The notes under the pieces: model-generated
Databases searched by the model: none
What the model was told of the DNA's origin: nothing
The model's input: the letters and a program-made list of their open reading frames with translations, nothing else
DNA from: an uncultured Anaerolineae bacterium
GTDB lineage: Bacteria > Chloroflexota > Anaerolineae > Aggregatilineales > UBA3940
NCBI GenBank assembly: GCA_964390105.1
Contig: CAYMGV010000001.1
Span: forward strand, 66,002 to 130,001
Direction: 5' to 3'
DNA length: 64,000 bases
Part shown: positions 39,096 to 47,878 of the stretch, one piece after another
Layout of the letters: each line of letters opens with the position of its first letter
Numbering within the stretch: position 1 is the first letter of the stretch
Translations under genes and position numbers: made by a program

Positions 39096-39901
39096 GCACA
39101 CACGCTGCTGTCATCGATAAACGCATGAGCATGGACGAGGCCGCGATGCTGGTTCAGGCCGGGAATACGCTGGCGCTGGGCGGCATCACCATCTACCGGC
39201 GTCCGGTAGCCTTTGTCAAGGCCCTGCTTGCGCGCCACGATGAGGTCAACGACCTGACCCTGCTATCGTATACTGGCAGCTACGAAAGCGACCTGCTGAT
39301 CGGTGCGGGGATGGTCTCTGCTATCCGGTCGTGTTATGTCGGCATGGAAATCTTCGGGCTGGCCCCGATGTTCACCCGGCGAATTCAATCCGGGGACCTG
39401 CGCATGATCGAAGAAAGTGAAGCCAGTCTTGCCCATGGCATCAAGGCCCATCTGGCCGGGGTCAGTTTTATGCCCGGCCTCGGCTGGATCGGCACTGACA
39501 TGCTGACTGTGCGTCCTGATGTGTGCGTGATCGAAGACCCATACAATCCCGGTGAACACATCGTGGCCTTCCCGGCCATCGCGTGGGATGTGGTCGTCAT
39601 TCATGCGCTGGAAGCCGACCCCTTTGGCAATGCCATCATCAACAACAACCCCGGTGTGGACCGCGAACTTTCGCTCGGGTCGGGCAAGGTCATCATCACC
39701 ACTGAGCGCATTGCAGAACGCTTCGAGCACCCCGTAGACCTGATCGGGGATCGCGTTGAAGCTGTCGTCCATGCCCCTCGTGGTGCCACGCCGACCTCCT
39801 GTCATCCTGAGTACCCGGTACAGGGCGGCGACCTGCTGCGCTACATCGATATGTGCAACGCCAACCGCTTCGAGGAATACCTCGCGGAAATCCTCGCTTA
39901 A
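39092..39901 (+). CDS. CoA-transferase subunit alpha (family I, A subunit)
   Basis: 269 aa with 'MSMDEAAMLVQAGNTLALGG' and 'SEASLAHGIKA', typical of GctA/ScoA-like A subunits. Its ATG overlaps the stop of the upstream gene (ATGA at 39092-39095). Confidence 0.78.
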   Translation: MSTHAAVIDKRMSMDEAAMLVQAGNTLALGGITIYRRPVAFVKALLARHDEVNDLTLLSYTGSYESDLLIGAGMVSAIRSCYVGMEIFGLAPMFTRRIQSGDLRMIEESEASLAHGIKAHLAGVSFMPGLGWIGTDMLTVRPDVCVIEDPYNPGEHIVAFPAIAWDVVVIHALEADPFGNAIINNNPGVDRELSLGSGKVIITTERIAERFEHPVDLIGDRVEAVVHAPRGATPTSCHPEYPVQGGDLLRYIDMCNANRFEEYLAEILA

Positions 39902-40911
39902 TAACCCAGCGATCGATCCACCACGTTGACCAGCGGCTCACCAGCCACATAATGCGCAAGATTGTACGCAAAAATCTCAACCGCGCGATTGTCATATTCC
40001 GGGGTAAAACCGGAGACGTGCGGGCTGAGGATCACATTAGGGGCTGCCCACAGCGGCGAGTCACCCAGCAGCGGCTCCTTGTGAAACACGTCGAGCGCTG
40101 CGCCGCCCAGCTGACCGCTTTTTAACGCCGCAAGCAGCGCATCCTCATCGACCAGTTCACCGCGCCCGATGTTGATCAGCACTGCGCCGGGTTTCATCTT
40201 GCTCAGCATGGCCGCATCGATCATCCCGCGTGTTTCTTCGGTGAGCGGGGCCGTCAGCACCACGTAGTCACAATCCGCCACCATGGTCGGCACGGCTTCG
40301 GGGGGATAGAGCCGGTCAGGAATGTCAGCCTCGGGGTCACCAATGCCATCCGTCACATAGGAGCGGTCGGTCAGGGCACGCAGATCGCGTTTGGAGGCCA
40401 GTACGCGCATCCCGAACGCATCGGCCAGCCGTGCGATCTCGCGCCCGATGCTGCCATAGCCAATGATGCCGATAGCTGCGCCACGCAGTTCGGACGGCAC
40501 AAAGCGTGCCCAGCGATCCGAAGACCATCGTTTTGTCCCCATATCCTCGAACATGCGCGGCATGCGATGGGCAAAGGCCAGCACCATCCCGATGGCATAC
40601 TCTGCCATCGGGACGGCATGGATGCCGCTGGCATTGGTGAAGATCACGTCAGTCTCGGTAAACAACGGGTGCCCCACGATGGAATCAACACCCGCCATAT
40701 GAAGCTGCACCCAGCGCAGCGCCGGAGCATCGTCGGGTTGCGGCAGCACACGCCACGAGTAAATGATCTCAGCCTCTTTCGCGGCATCGCCCAGATCATC
40801 CAGGGCGCGCGCCACATGCGGCACGATCTCCAGCTTGGGCGAAACCGCTCGCAGAATGTCGAGCTGCTCCACTGAAAGCGGCATTGTCATCAGCACTTTG
40901 ACCTTATCCAC
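39898..40911 (-). CDS. D-isomer-specific 2-hydroxyacid dehydrogenase (NAD-binding)
   Basis: 337 aa. Rossmann motif 'IGIIGYGSIGREIA', 'NIGRGELVDEDAL' and catalytic 'SPHVSG'. Confidence 0.88.
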   Translation of the reverse strand: MDKVKVLMTMPLSVEQLDILRAVSPKLEIVPHVARALDDLGDAAKEAEIIYSWRVLPQPDDAPALRWVQLHMAGVDSIVGHPLFTETDVIFTNASGIHAVPMAEYAIGMVLAFAHRMPRMFEDMGTKRWSSDRWARFVPSELRGAAIGIIGYGSIGREIARLADAFGMRVLASKRDLRALTDRSYVTDGIGDPEADIPDRLYPPEAVPTMVADCDYVVLTAPLTEETRGMIDAAMLSKMKPGAVLINIGRGELVDEDALLAALKSGQLGGAALDVFHKEPLLGDSPLWAAPNVILSPHVSGFTPEYDNRAVEIFAYNLAHYVAGEPLVNVVDRSLGY

Positions 40912-41095
40912 ATCTCACCACCTTTGCTGCGCTTGCGACGTTTCCGGGTATCATCCTGATTTTACCATCCCCAGGCCAAGTTCCCTCAAAACGGAAGGCA
41001 GTTTACAATAAAGGCGGATTCATTAAACAGATATGGAACCAACTCATTCACCATGACGTCTATACAACTGAGGAACACTCTCAGGAGGAGAAACG

Positions 41096-42100
41096 ATGTC
41101 AAACAAGGTATCTCGATTGTTACTGGTCTTCAGTGTGCTGATCGTTGCGGTGCTGCTTTCAGCCTGCGGCGGTGCCGCATCAATGACCACGGAGGAAGTC
41201 TATTACGGTGATGACGAAGGCCGCGCCGTCGGAGGTGTTGCGCCTGCACCGCAGGCAGAGATGGACTTTGCCGAGGAAGAGGCAGCCGAGGAATTCCTGG
41301 TTGAACAATCGTCTGTGGCTGCTGATGGTATTGCCAGCACGAATGATGTACAGATCGAGCGTGTAATTATCCGCACGGGCTATGTCAGCATCCAGGCGGA
41401 AGATCCGCTCGCTACTCGCGAGGCTATCGAGCAGATGGTGGCCCAGTATGCCGGTGAGGGGGCGTTTATCGTCTCGATCAACCAGAGTGGTAGTGCCAAC
41501 TCACCCTACATCAACATGCAGATTCGTATCCCTGCCGATTATTTTGACACGGCGATGGACGATGTTTCAGGCATGGCCGCTGAGGAAACCACACCACAGC
41601 GCAGCGAAAGCGCCCAGGATGTGACAGAGGAGTTCTACGACCTTGATAACCGCATCGAATCGCTGGAAGCCGCCCGCGAGCGTTTGCTGGAGCTGATGGA
41701 AAATGCCAACACCACGGAGGACCTGCTTCTTGCGGAGCAGCAGCTTACCCAGCGTGAAGCCGAGATCAATTCACTACAAGGCCGCCAGAACTACCTGGCG
41801 CAATCAGCGCGCCTATCCAGCATCAACATTGATATCTCGCGCTACATCCTGAGTACCCCGGTCGATACATCATGGCGTCCCATGGAATCGGTCAGGCAGG
41901 CATTCGACAGCCTGCTCCGCAGCCTGCGTGGCTTCGGCGACTTCCTGATCTTCTTCATCATCTCCGTGCTGCCGTGGCTGACTGTGTTTGGGCTGGTCAT
42001 TTACGGGGTCATCCGGTTTATCATCAGCCAGATCCGTAAACGCCAGGAGCGCAAGGCCGCTCATTCACCACCGGTCATATCACCAGATGATGAAAGCTAA
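41096..42100 (+). CDS. DUF4349-like lipoprotein with coiled coil and C-terminal TM segments
   Basis: 334 aa. Lipobox 'LLSAC', a central 'DVTEEFYDLDNRIESLEAARERLLELME...' coiled segment, and C-terminal TM helices (FLIFFIISVLPWLTVFGLVIYGVIRFII). This architecture is typical of DUF4349. Confidence 0.7.
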   Translation: MSNKVSRLLLVFSVLIVAVLLSACGGAASMTTEEVYYGDDEGRAVGGVAPAPQAEMDFAEEEAAEEFLVEQSSVAADGIASTNDVQIERVIIRTGYVSIQAEDPLATREAIEQMVAQYAGEGAFIVSINQSGSANSPYINMQIRIPADYFDTAMDDVSGMAAEETTPQRSESAQDVTEEFYDLDNRIESLEAARERLLELMENANTTEDLLLAEQQLTQREAEINSLQGRQNYLAQSARLSSINIDISRYILSTPVDTSWRPMESVRQAFDSLLRSLRGFGDFLIFFIISVLPWLTVFGLVIYGVIRFIISQIRKRQERKAAHSPPVISPDDES

Positions 42101-42120
42101 AACCCCCTTTTAACCGCTAC

Positions 42121-42150
42121 GAGGCCGGGACTTTCCCGGCCTCATTTTGA
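42121..42150 (+). terminator. Intrinsic terminator after the DUF4349 gene
   Basis: GAGGCCGGG (42121-29), loop ACTTT, CCCGGCCTC, then ATTTTGATT. Confidence 0.75.
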
Positions 42151-42414
42151 TTCCGTGGACCACTTCCGTTCTTACCCCTAATAAACCTGATTTGCCCCCA
42201 ATCTCACGCAGGGTCATGCGCAGCGAGCTTCATAAAGTGAAGCCGCTTGTTAGCAGGCGCTCATGCAACCACTACCAGCTCACCATGAAAGAAGCTGTCA
42301 ACCCCGCCCAAACCACAAACCATTTACCAACATTCGGCACAGTTGGGGTAGGGGGGGTAAAACAAAAACGCCGGATCACTGTCATGGCCCAGGCTCATCA
42401 GCATGATCAGTCTT

Positions 42415-44109
42415 TTACTCAAACCCATCGAAGCCCTCATCTCCGTAGAGCTTCTTACTGGCTTTTCCTGGCTTCCCGCCCGTTGACTTGCCTGTAATAG
42501 GTGCCCCCATCGCAGTATAGAACGCAGCATCATACGAGCGCGTTTTGATGACAACCGGCATCGGGACGGCATGACCAAGCACAATCGCCTGCTGACGTGT
42601 ATCGAGGCGGGCCAACACTTCACGCAGACCGGCAGCACCGCTAACCCCCATCAGCACCGCAGCGATGTCCTTATCATTGTCGAGCAGTGCCGTGACGCGC
42701 GTCCCGATCTGGGACATGACCTCCTCATCGATGGCACTGGGGCGCTGGTCCACGACCAGCAGCGTTACCTTAAACTTACGCAGTTCCCGCGCAATTGTGC
42801 CGAAGATGGTCTGATGCGCGATCTTCGGCTCCAGGAACTTATGAGCCTCCTCGATGGTGATCATGAGCTGCGGGGGTTCCTGCCCACCTTCACCCAGTGA
42901 CTTCTCGATACGGTCCACGTAGCGATTGCGAATGCGGCGCGTCAGGTAGTTGGCGACGAGGATGTAGGCATCGAGCGTGTTCCCGTACCGGCCAAACTCA
43001 AGGATCACGCTGATGCCGTTCTCGATATAGTTGAGAATTTCCTGCACAGCAGAATCGCCGGGTGAGTGTGGTACGAGGAAATCCCAGCGCCTGAAGCGCT
43101 CCAGCCGGCGGGTTAGCGCCGTTAGCGAAGCCCCGTTGATGGTGGTGTTCTCGGTCAGGTCATCGATGGTCGCACCGTCTGCCGTTAATAGCTGCTGAAT
43201 CCAGCCCTTGCCCCACATGCGGTACAGGTTCCACGCGGCATCGAGCATCGTATCGGAGATGTCCATGGTGTGTGCCACAGCGGCGAGGTCATCGGGTGAA
43301 ATCTCATCATAGCCAAGACGGACCACAAAATCAGGCCGTACGTTACGATTACGCGAGGATTCATCGTCCAGCGTGAAGATCGAGACCCTATCGGGAAACA
43401 ACTGCTTGAGGCCCTTATCCTTGCGCCCGGACTCGTTGATAACCTCCCATCCATAATCATTGTGCATATCAAACACCAGGCTGACGGCAGTCCCGCGCGA
43501 TATCGTACCGGCCAGCAGCACACGGGTCAGGTAGCTCTTGCCTGTACCGCTCTTGCCAAACACGCCCACTGAGCGTTCCGTCAGGCGTTTGAGGTCTACA
43601 TTGATCTGCGTATCCTGCAGTTCGAGCGGGCTGCCGATGTTGAAATGAGTCTCGTCCTCATGTCCGAATACGTCGTTGATATCCTGCTCGGTGGCCGTCC
43701 ACACCTCCTGGAAGTGCGCGGGGATGGTGCGCACGGGCAGGATTGTGCCGTCTTCCTGGATGATCAGCATCGGCACGATATGGACCGTACCGAAGGCTGT
43801 TGTGCCAGAATACACCTCGGCAATATATGGGTTGAGCTTCACATCGGGCGGTTTCTGCGTCAGCGCGAGATTGGTGCTGTTCAACCCAATATCGGTGATC
43901 ATGCAGAAGTAGCGCTGGCTGCGGCCATGCACCACCACGTACCGGCCCACGGCCAGTTCCTCGATGTCAGTGTCGCCGTCGAGTTTGACCTCAATCCCAC
44001 GCCCAAGCGAGCCGCCAACCACCACACCGAGGCGGGGGGAGCGCGGCCCGAAGTGCCTATCCAGTTCGCTGAGTCCGTTGTTCACCATCGCTTGGTTACT
44101 CACTCTCAT
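42415..44109 (-). CDS. HerA-like hexameric ATPase/translocase (DUF87, FtsK/HerA superfamily)
   Basis: 564 aa. N-terminal HAS-barrel-like segment 'RLGVVVGGSLGRGIEVKLD...VGRYVVVHG', Walker A 'GVFGKSGTGKSYL', Walker B 'QLMITIEEAHKFL' and 'LLVVDQRPSAID'. Confidence 0.82.
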   Translation of the reverse strand: MRVSNQAMVNNGLSELDRHFGPRSPRLGVVVGGSLGRGIEVKLDGDTDIEELAVGRYVVVHGRSQRYFCMITDIGLNSTNLALTQKPPDVKLNPYIAEVYSGTTAFGTVHIVPMLIIQEDGTILPVRTIPAHFQEVWTATEQDINDVFGHEDETHFNIGSPLELQDTQINVDLKRLTERSVGVFGKSGTGKSYLTRVLLAGTISRGTAVSLVFDMHNDYGWEVINESGRKDKGLKQLFPDRVSIFTLDDESSRNRNVRPDFVVRLGYDEISPDDLAAVAHTMDISDTMLDAAWNLYRMWGKGWIQQLLTADGATIDDLTENTTINGASLTALTRRLERFRRWDFLVPHSPGDSAVQEILNYIENGISVILEFGRYGNTLDAYILVANYLTRRIRNRYVDRIEKSLGEGGQEPPQLMITIEEAHKFLEPKIAHQTIFGTIARELRKFKVTLLVVDQRPSAIDEEVMSQIGTRVTALLDNDKDIAAVLMGVSGAAGLREVLARLDTRQQAIVLGHAVPMPVVIKTRSYDAAFYTAMGAPITGKSTGGKPGKASKKLYGDEGFDGFE

Positions 44110-44112
44110 TTA

Positions 44113-44727
44113 CTATGCGTTGTTGGGGTATATCAGGCGCAGCATGTAATCCAGCCGATCCATATCATTACTGAGCAGACGAGCAGCCTCACGGCCCGCA
44201 CTCACCAGGAAGGAATACTGGCGCTCCTCCGGCATCATCAGCGCCGTATTCAGCAGTGCCGATGCAAGTAACTGTTCACTCGGCACGCCAGGCGCACTGA
44301 GTACCATACGGAAGAAATCGAAACGGTGGCCGAGTACCTGGATGTGTTCACCTGGTGTACATACGTAGACCGGGTCAAGGCTGAGCGGCGGGCGTGGGGG
44401 CAGTGCGTGACGCACGCCCCCATCCGGCAGGCGGTAGCCAATGGCCAGCACACTCATCTCGACCGGTGCCAGCCGGTGATGATGCTGATCACGCACCATC
44501 TCATCGCTGATCGCCTCGGCCAGCACCAACTGGCGCACCAGCGGGTCATCATCAATATGGATGTCATACAGCAGGCCGTAGATCACGTCGCGAGTCTCAG
44601 CACGCGGCACGGCCTTCACTACGCTGCCAAACGCGGGCGCATCCAACTGCTGGACGCGCGCCCCGGCTGAAAAGCCGCTGGTGCTGGCGCGCAGCACACT
44701 CCCGATCGGTTCTTGCCAATCCATCAT
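44113..44727 (-). CDS. Hypothetical 204-aa protein, middle gene of the NurA/HerA operon
   Basis: The ORF is 3 nt upstream of the HerA-like gene and 18 nt downstream of the NurA-like gene. I recognised no family. The N-terminal 'PIGSVLRASTSGFSAGARVQQLDAPAFGSVVKAV' loosely resembles a HAS-barrel strand pattern. No TM segment or signal peptide. Confidence 0.6.
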   Translation of the reverse strand: MMDWQEPIGSVLRASTSGFSAGARVQQLDAPAFGSVVKAVPRAETRDVIYGLLYDIHIDDDPLVRQLVLAEAISDEMVRDQHHHRLAPVEMSVLAIGYRLPDGGVRHALPPRPPLSLDPVYVCTPGEHIQVLGHRFDFFRMVLSAPGVPSEQLLASALLNTALMMPEERQYSFLVSAGREAARLLSNDMDRLDYMLRLIYPNNA

Positions 44728-44745
44728 AGGGCTGCACTCACTTTG

Positions 44746-45990
44746 TTAATTGGTTTTTGCGGATGATGATTGGCCTGACTGATGACGGGTCTTGAGGCCA
44801 CGGGCGGCGTCCTTGCTGCCTGCCTTGGCACTCTGCCCCGGCAAAATGCCATGCCGTGTCATAGAAACACTGATCATCATATCGAGTTGGCGAGCTTCCT
44901 CGCGCTTAACGACCGCCAGTTCATCGGCGCGGGCCAGCACATAGGGATACCGGACCACCGTCTGTTGACACTGCTGCCACAACAGGCCCTGCACTTCGGC
45001 CACCAACTCGCGATTACGCATGGCCCACATCGGCATCTCAACACGGGCCAACACGGGGAAATCACCTTCGTGTGCGGCCACGTTCATATAAAAGAAGGCG
45101 ATCTCAAGCTCCTCACCGCCCTCCTGCCTGAACTCCTTGTTCTGCGGAGACATCTGCACGAAGATCGCGCTGCGCTGGCCCGGTTCGAGAAAGCGGCCAA
45201 ACACCTGGATATCGCGCACCCCTTCGATGCGGCCATTGGTAGCAAGGCTCCTGCGGGAAACGCTTTCCTCGTCAATATCCATCAAATGCAGCAAACTGAT
45301 CACAAAGCGCGAACGCGGGCGGTCGGTATAGCCAACCAATGCGGCCTGCACATCCATCAGACGCACCATGGCACTGAAGTACACCCGCCGAAGCTGTTCT
45401 CGGTCGGGCACGTCGGCACTCATCACGAACAGCAGTGGGCCGTCCAGCAGCGAGATCAGCGGGCGGGCCGCCCCGCGCTGTTTCCATGAGTTCTCAGTCA
45501 GGGCTTCCATCTCAGCCACGGTACGCCGCGCACTGATCACGGAGGATTTCACCATGCCGCGCCCCTCGGTTTGCAAGTAGCCTTCTTCGAAGAACAGGTA
45601 CGGCTGAGTGACGATCTCCGGTGGCGTTCCGCTGCCGTGGCTCAGTATGATAGTGCCCGTGTTCAGCAGATAATACAGCGATGAGCCGTGCGTATCAGGC
45701 AGTATCTGCGAGCCATCTGTGGCAATAATGGTCGCCGATTCCGGCAGCGGAGCCGGGTGATAGGCCGCCATGATCGGTTCATCCAGTGGCCGGGCACCAC
45801 GATAGCCCGCGTCCTTATCGATGGCATCCTGCACGCGGCGGTCAATTTCGGGGAGCCACGCCTCATCAGCATAGGCTTCCATGATCTTCAGGGCAAGGTC
45901 GGTCTTGTAGAACTCCTCGTCCTCTTTTGTCGCAATATATTCACCCATGCGGTCAACCTGCTCGGTGAGCTTGGCAAATTCCAGTGTCAT
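44746..45990 (-). CDS. NurA-like nuclease
   Basis: 414 aa. 'TIIATDGSQI' and 'LISLLDGPLLFV' match the two Asp-containing NurA motifs (xDGS / DG[SP]L). The size and operon partner (HerA-like) are consistent. Confidence 0.7.
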   Translation of the reverse strand: MTLEFAKLTEQVDRMGEYIATKEDEEFYKTDLALKIMEAYADEAWLPEIDRRVQDAIDKDAGYRGARPLDEPIMAAYHPAPLPESATIIATDGSQILPDTHGSSLYYLLNTGTIILSHGSGTPPEIVTQPYLFFEEGYLQTEGRGMVKSSVISARRTVAEMEALTENSWKQRGAARPLISLLDGPLLFVMSADVPDREQLRRVYFSAMVRLMDVQAALVGYTDRPRSRFVISLLHLMDIDEESVSRRSLATNGRIEGVRDIQVFGRFLEPGQRSAIFVQMSPQNKEFRQEGGEELEIAFFYMNVAAHEGDFPVLARVEMPMWAMRNRELVAEVQGLLWQQCQQTVVRYPYVLARADELAVVKREEARQLDMMISVSMTRHGILPGQSAKAGSKDAARGLKTRHQSGQSSSAKTN

Positions 45991-46145
45991 GGCATTCTCC
46001 AGCCGCTCAAGGCAATTATCCCCGGCATATTTCGTTCAGATGGCATAGTAGCACTTTCGTTCTAAACACGCAAATGAATCCGCCAAGCGTGATCAATGGT
46101 ACAATTCGAGCAGCAGTTCAACCCCTTGCCAGCCGGAGTAACATC

Positions 46146-47087
46146 ATGCGTCGGTATGTCTATACGGCCAGCATCTTCACCATCTATGTTTACATCATCC
46201 AGTTTGGGTTCATCCTGTTCAATCTATTCACAACCTCCAGTTCCGTGATGCCCACCCTACAGGAGTTCTTCCACTTCTACCGGCCTGATGCCATCTATTC
46301 CCACATCAACGTCGCGGCCCTGTTTATTGCAGCGGCGGCTTTGCTGGCATTCGACGAGAAGCGCTATACACTAACCGGTGTATTTGGCGTGGCGCTGCTG
46401 CTCTCGACCTCGCGTACCTCAATGATCGCGCTGATCCTGGGGGCCGCCGTCTACTTTTGGCTAAAAGGTGGTGTCAAGCTCATGCGCTTTGCGCCGGGAG
46501 TGGCCGTCATCGGTGCAGCGGGTGTGCTGGTCACCTTCCTGCGTGGTGGCTCCTCACGGATGATCTACTGGTCAGCGGGTATTGATCTGCTAAGACCAAC
46601 CCCATGGCTCGGCGTACCACGCGGCGCGATTCGCGAACTGATGTCGCCACTATCGCAGATTCACCTGCACAACCTTTACGTCCAAATGCTGGTGGAAAAC
46701 GGAATCGTGGGGCTGGTACTGCTGATTGCGGCGATCATCGTGGCATTTATCCTGATTTGGCGATATGCACCCGACCGCGCGCTGGCCGCCTCGATGTTCA
46801 CGCTGTTTGTCGGCGCGGGGCTGTTCGATTATCATTTCTTCTCATACCCGGCTGATATGATCTACATTGGCGCATTGATCGCCGCCTGGCAGAGCCAACC
46901 CGCCCGGTTTTACCGCGCCGACCCCTGGCTGCATTTGTTGGCTGCTGTCATCTCGTTCTTCGCATTTATCCCCGTCGAACGCATCGCGGCGTTTGGAATC
47001 TTCTGGCCTGTGCTGCAAACTGTGATTGTGCCGTTCGGCATCAAAATACGAGACCAGATACAAAACCTCGAATCGGCGGCGATATAA
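46146..47087 (+). CDS. O-antigen ligase/polymerase-like (Wzy_C-type) polytopic membrane protein
   Basis: At least 8 predicted TM helices and an 'LLLSTSRTSMIALILGAAVY' loop motif. The ATG at 46146 (MRRYVYTASIF...) is preferred. The track start at 45984 overlaps the NurA start. Confidence 0.65.
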   Translation: MRRYVYTASIFTIYVYIIQFGFILFNLFTTSSSVMPTLQEFFHFYRPDAIYSHINVAALFIAAAALLAFDEKRYTLTGVFGVALLLSTSRTSMIALILGAAVYFWLKGGVKLMRFAPGVAVIGAAGVLVTFLRGGSSRMIYWSAGIDLLRPTPWLGVPRGAIRELMSPLSQIHLHNLYVQMLVENGIVGLVLLIAAIIVAFILIWRYAPDRALAASMFTLFVGAGLFDYHFFSYPADMIYIGALIAAWQSQPARFYRADPWLHLLAAVISFFAFIPVERIAAFGIFWPVLQTVIVPFGIKIRDQIQNLESAAI

Positions 47088-47279
47088 GGGCACTCTCCGA
47101 GAGCCGTTCTCTCACAGAATTGCCCTGAATTTCGCGGTGACTGATGTGCTTCCATGGCCTAGCATTGTTTGCACCCATATTAGTGCCGATTATTTATACA
47201 AATCGGAACCTTTACTTTTTCAGGCATGCCGTGTACCATTAACTCAGAAGACGCCTTGGTTAAAAGGAGCAGAAGGGCC

Positions 47280-47870
47280 ATGCCAAAGGGAAGTGGAAAA
47301 GCCATCCCGAAAGTGGAAATGAACAAAGAGATCGCACTGAGACTTTTAGAAATCCTCAAAACACGCTTCAAAGAGAATATGAGGCGTCACGAAGGAATCG
47401 ACTGGGCTGATGTACAGGCCCGCATGGAGGCCAACCTCGGCAAACTGGCTTCGCTCAATGCGATGGAGCACACTGGTGGTGAACCCGACGTGGTTGACCA
47501 CGATCCATCCACAGGAGAATATTTGTTCTGCGATTGTTCCGCCCAAACCCCAGAGGGGCGCCGCAGCATCTGCTATGATGACCCCGCCGAACAGGAGCGC
47601 ATCAGGAAAGGCGTTAACCCCGGCGGCAATGCCGTTGCACTTGCCGAGGCTATGGGCATCGAACTCCTAAATGAGGAACAGTACCGCTATCTCCAAACGG
47701 TTGGCGAGTTTGATACCACCACGTCGAGCTGGATCAAAACACCCGAGGAGATCAGGAAACTCGGTGGGGGGCTTTTCGGGGATCGCCGGTACGGTACCGT
47801 GTTCATCTATCACAATGGCGCACAGTCATTCTACTCCGCGCGGGGTTTCCGGGGTGTACTGCGAGTCTGA
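47280..47870 (+). CDS. DUF4256-like protein
   Basis: 'LLEILKTRFKENMRRHEGIDWADVQARMEAN...LNAMEHTGGEPDVV...WIKTPEEIRKLGGGLFGDRRYG' matches my recollection of DUF4256. The start is ambiguous (47226, 47280 or 47319). Confidence 0.6.
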   Translation: MPKGSGKAIPKVEMNKEIALRLLEILKTRFKENMRRHEGIDWADVQARMEANLGKLASLNAMEHTGGEPDVVDHDPSTGEYLFCDCSAQTPEGRRSICYDDPAEQERIRKGVNPGGNAVALAEAMGIELLNEEQYRYLQTVGEFDTTTSSWIKTPEEIRKLGGGLFGDRRYGTVFIYHNGAQSFYSARGFRGVLRV

Positions 47871-47878
47871 AAGCACTT

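Noticed and set aside
42151-42414. 264-nt gap downstream of the HerA-like gene (track ORF 42147..42497), considered as a small gene or ncRNA
   Set aside because: The ORF overlaps the HerA 3' end and has poor coding character. Only a weak 6-bp hairpin is seen, with no recognisable RNA family motif.
45984-46145. Upstream extension of the O-antigen-ligase-like ORF that overlaps the NurA start
   Set aside because: The extension is non-hydrophobic and overlaps the divergent gene. The ATG at 46146 begins directly with TM helices.
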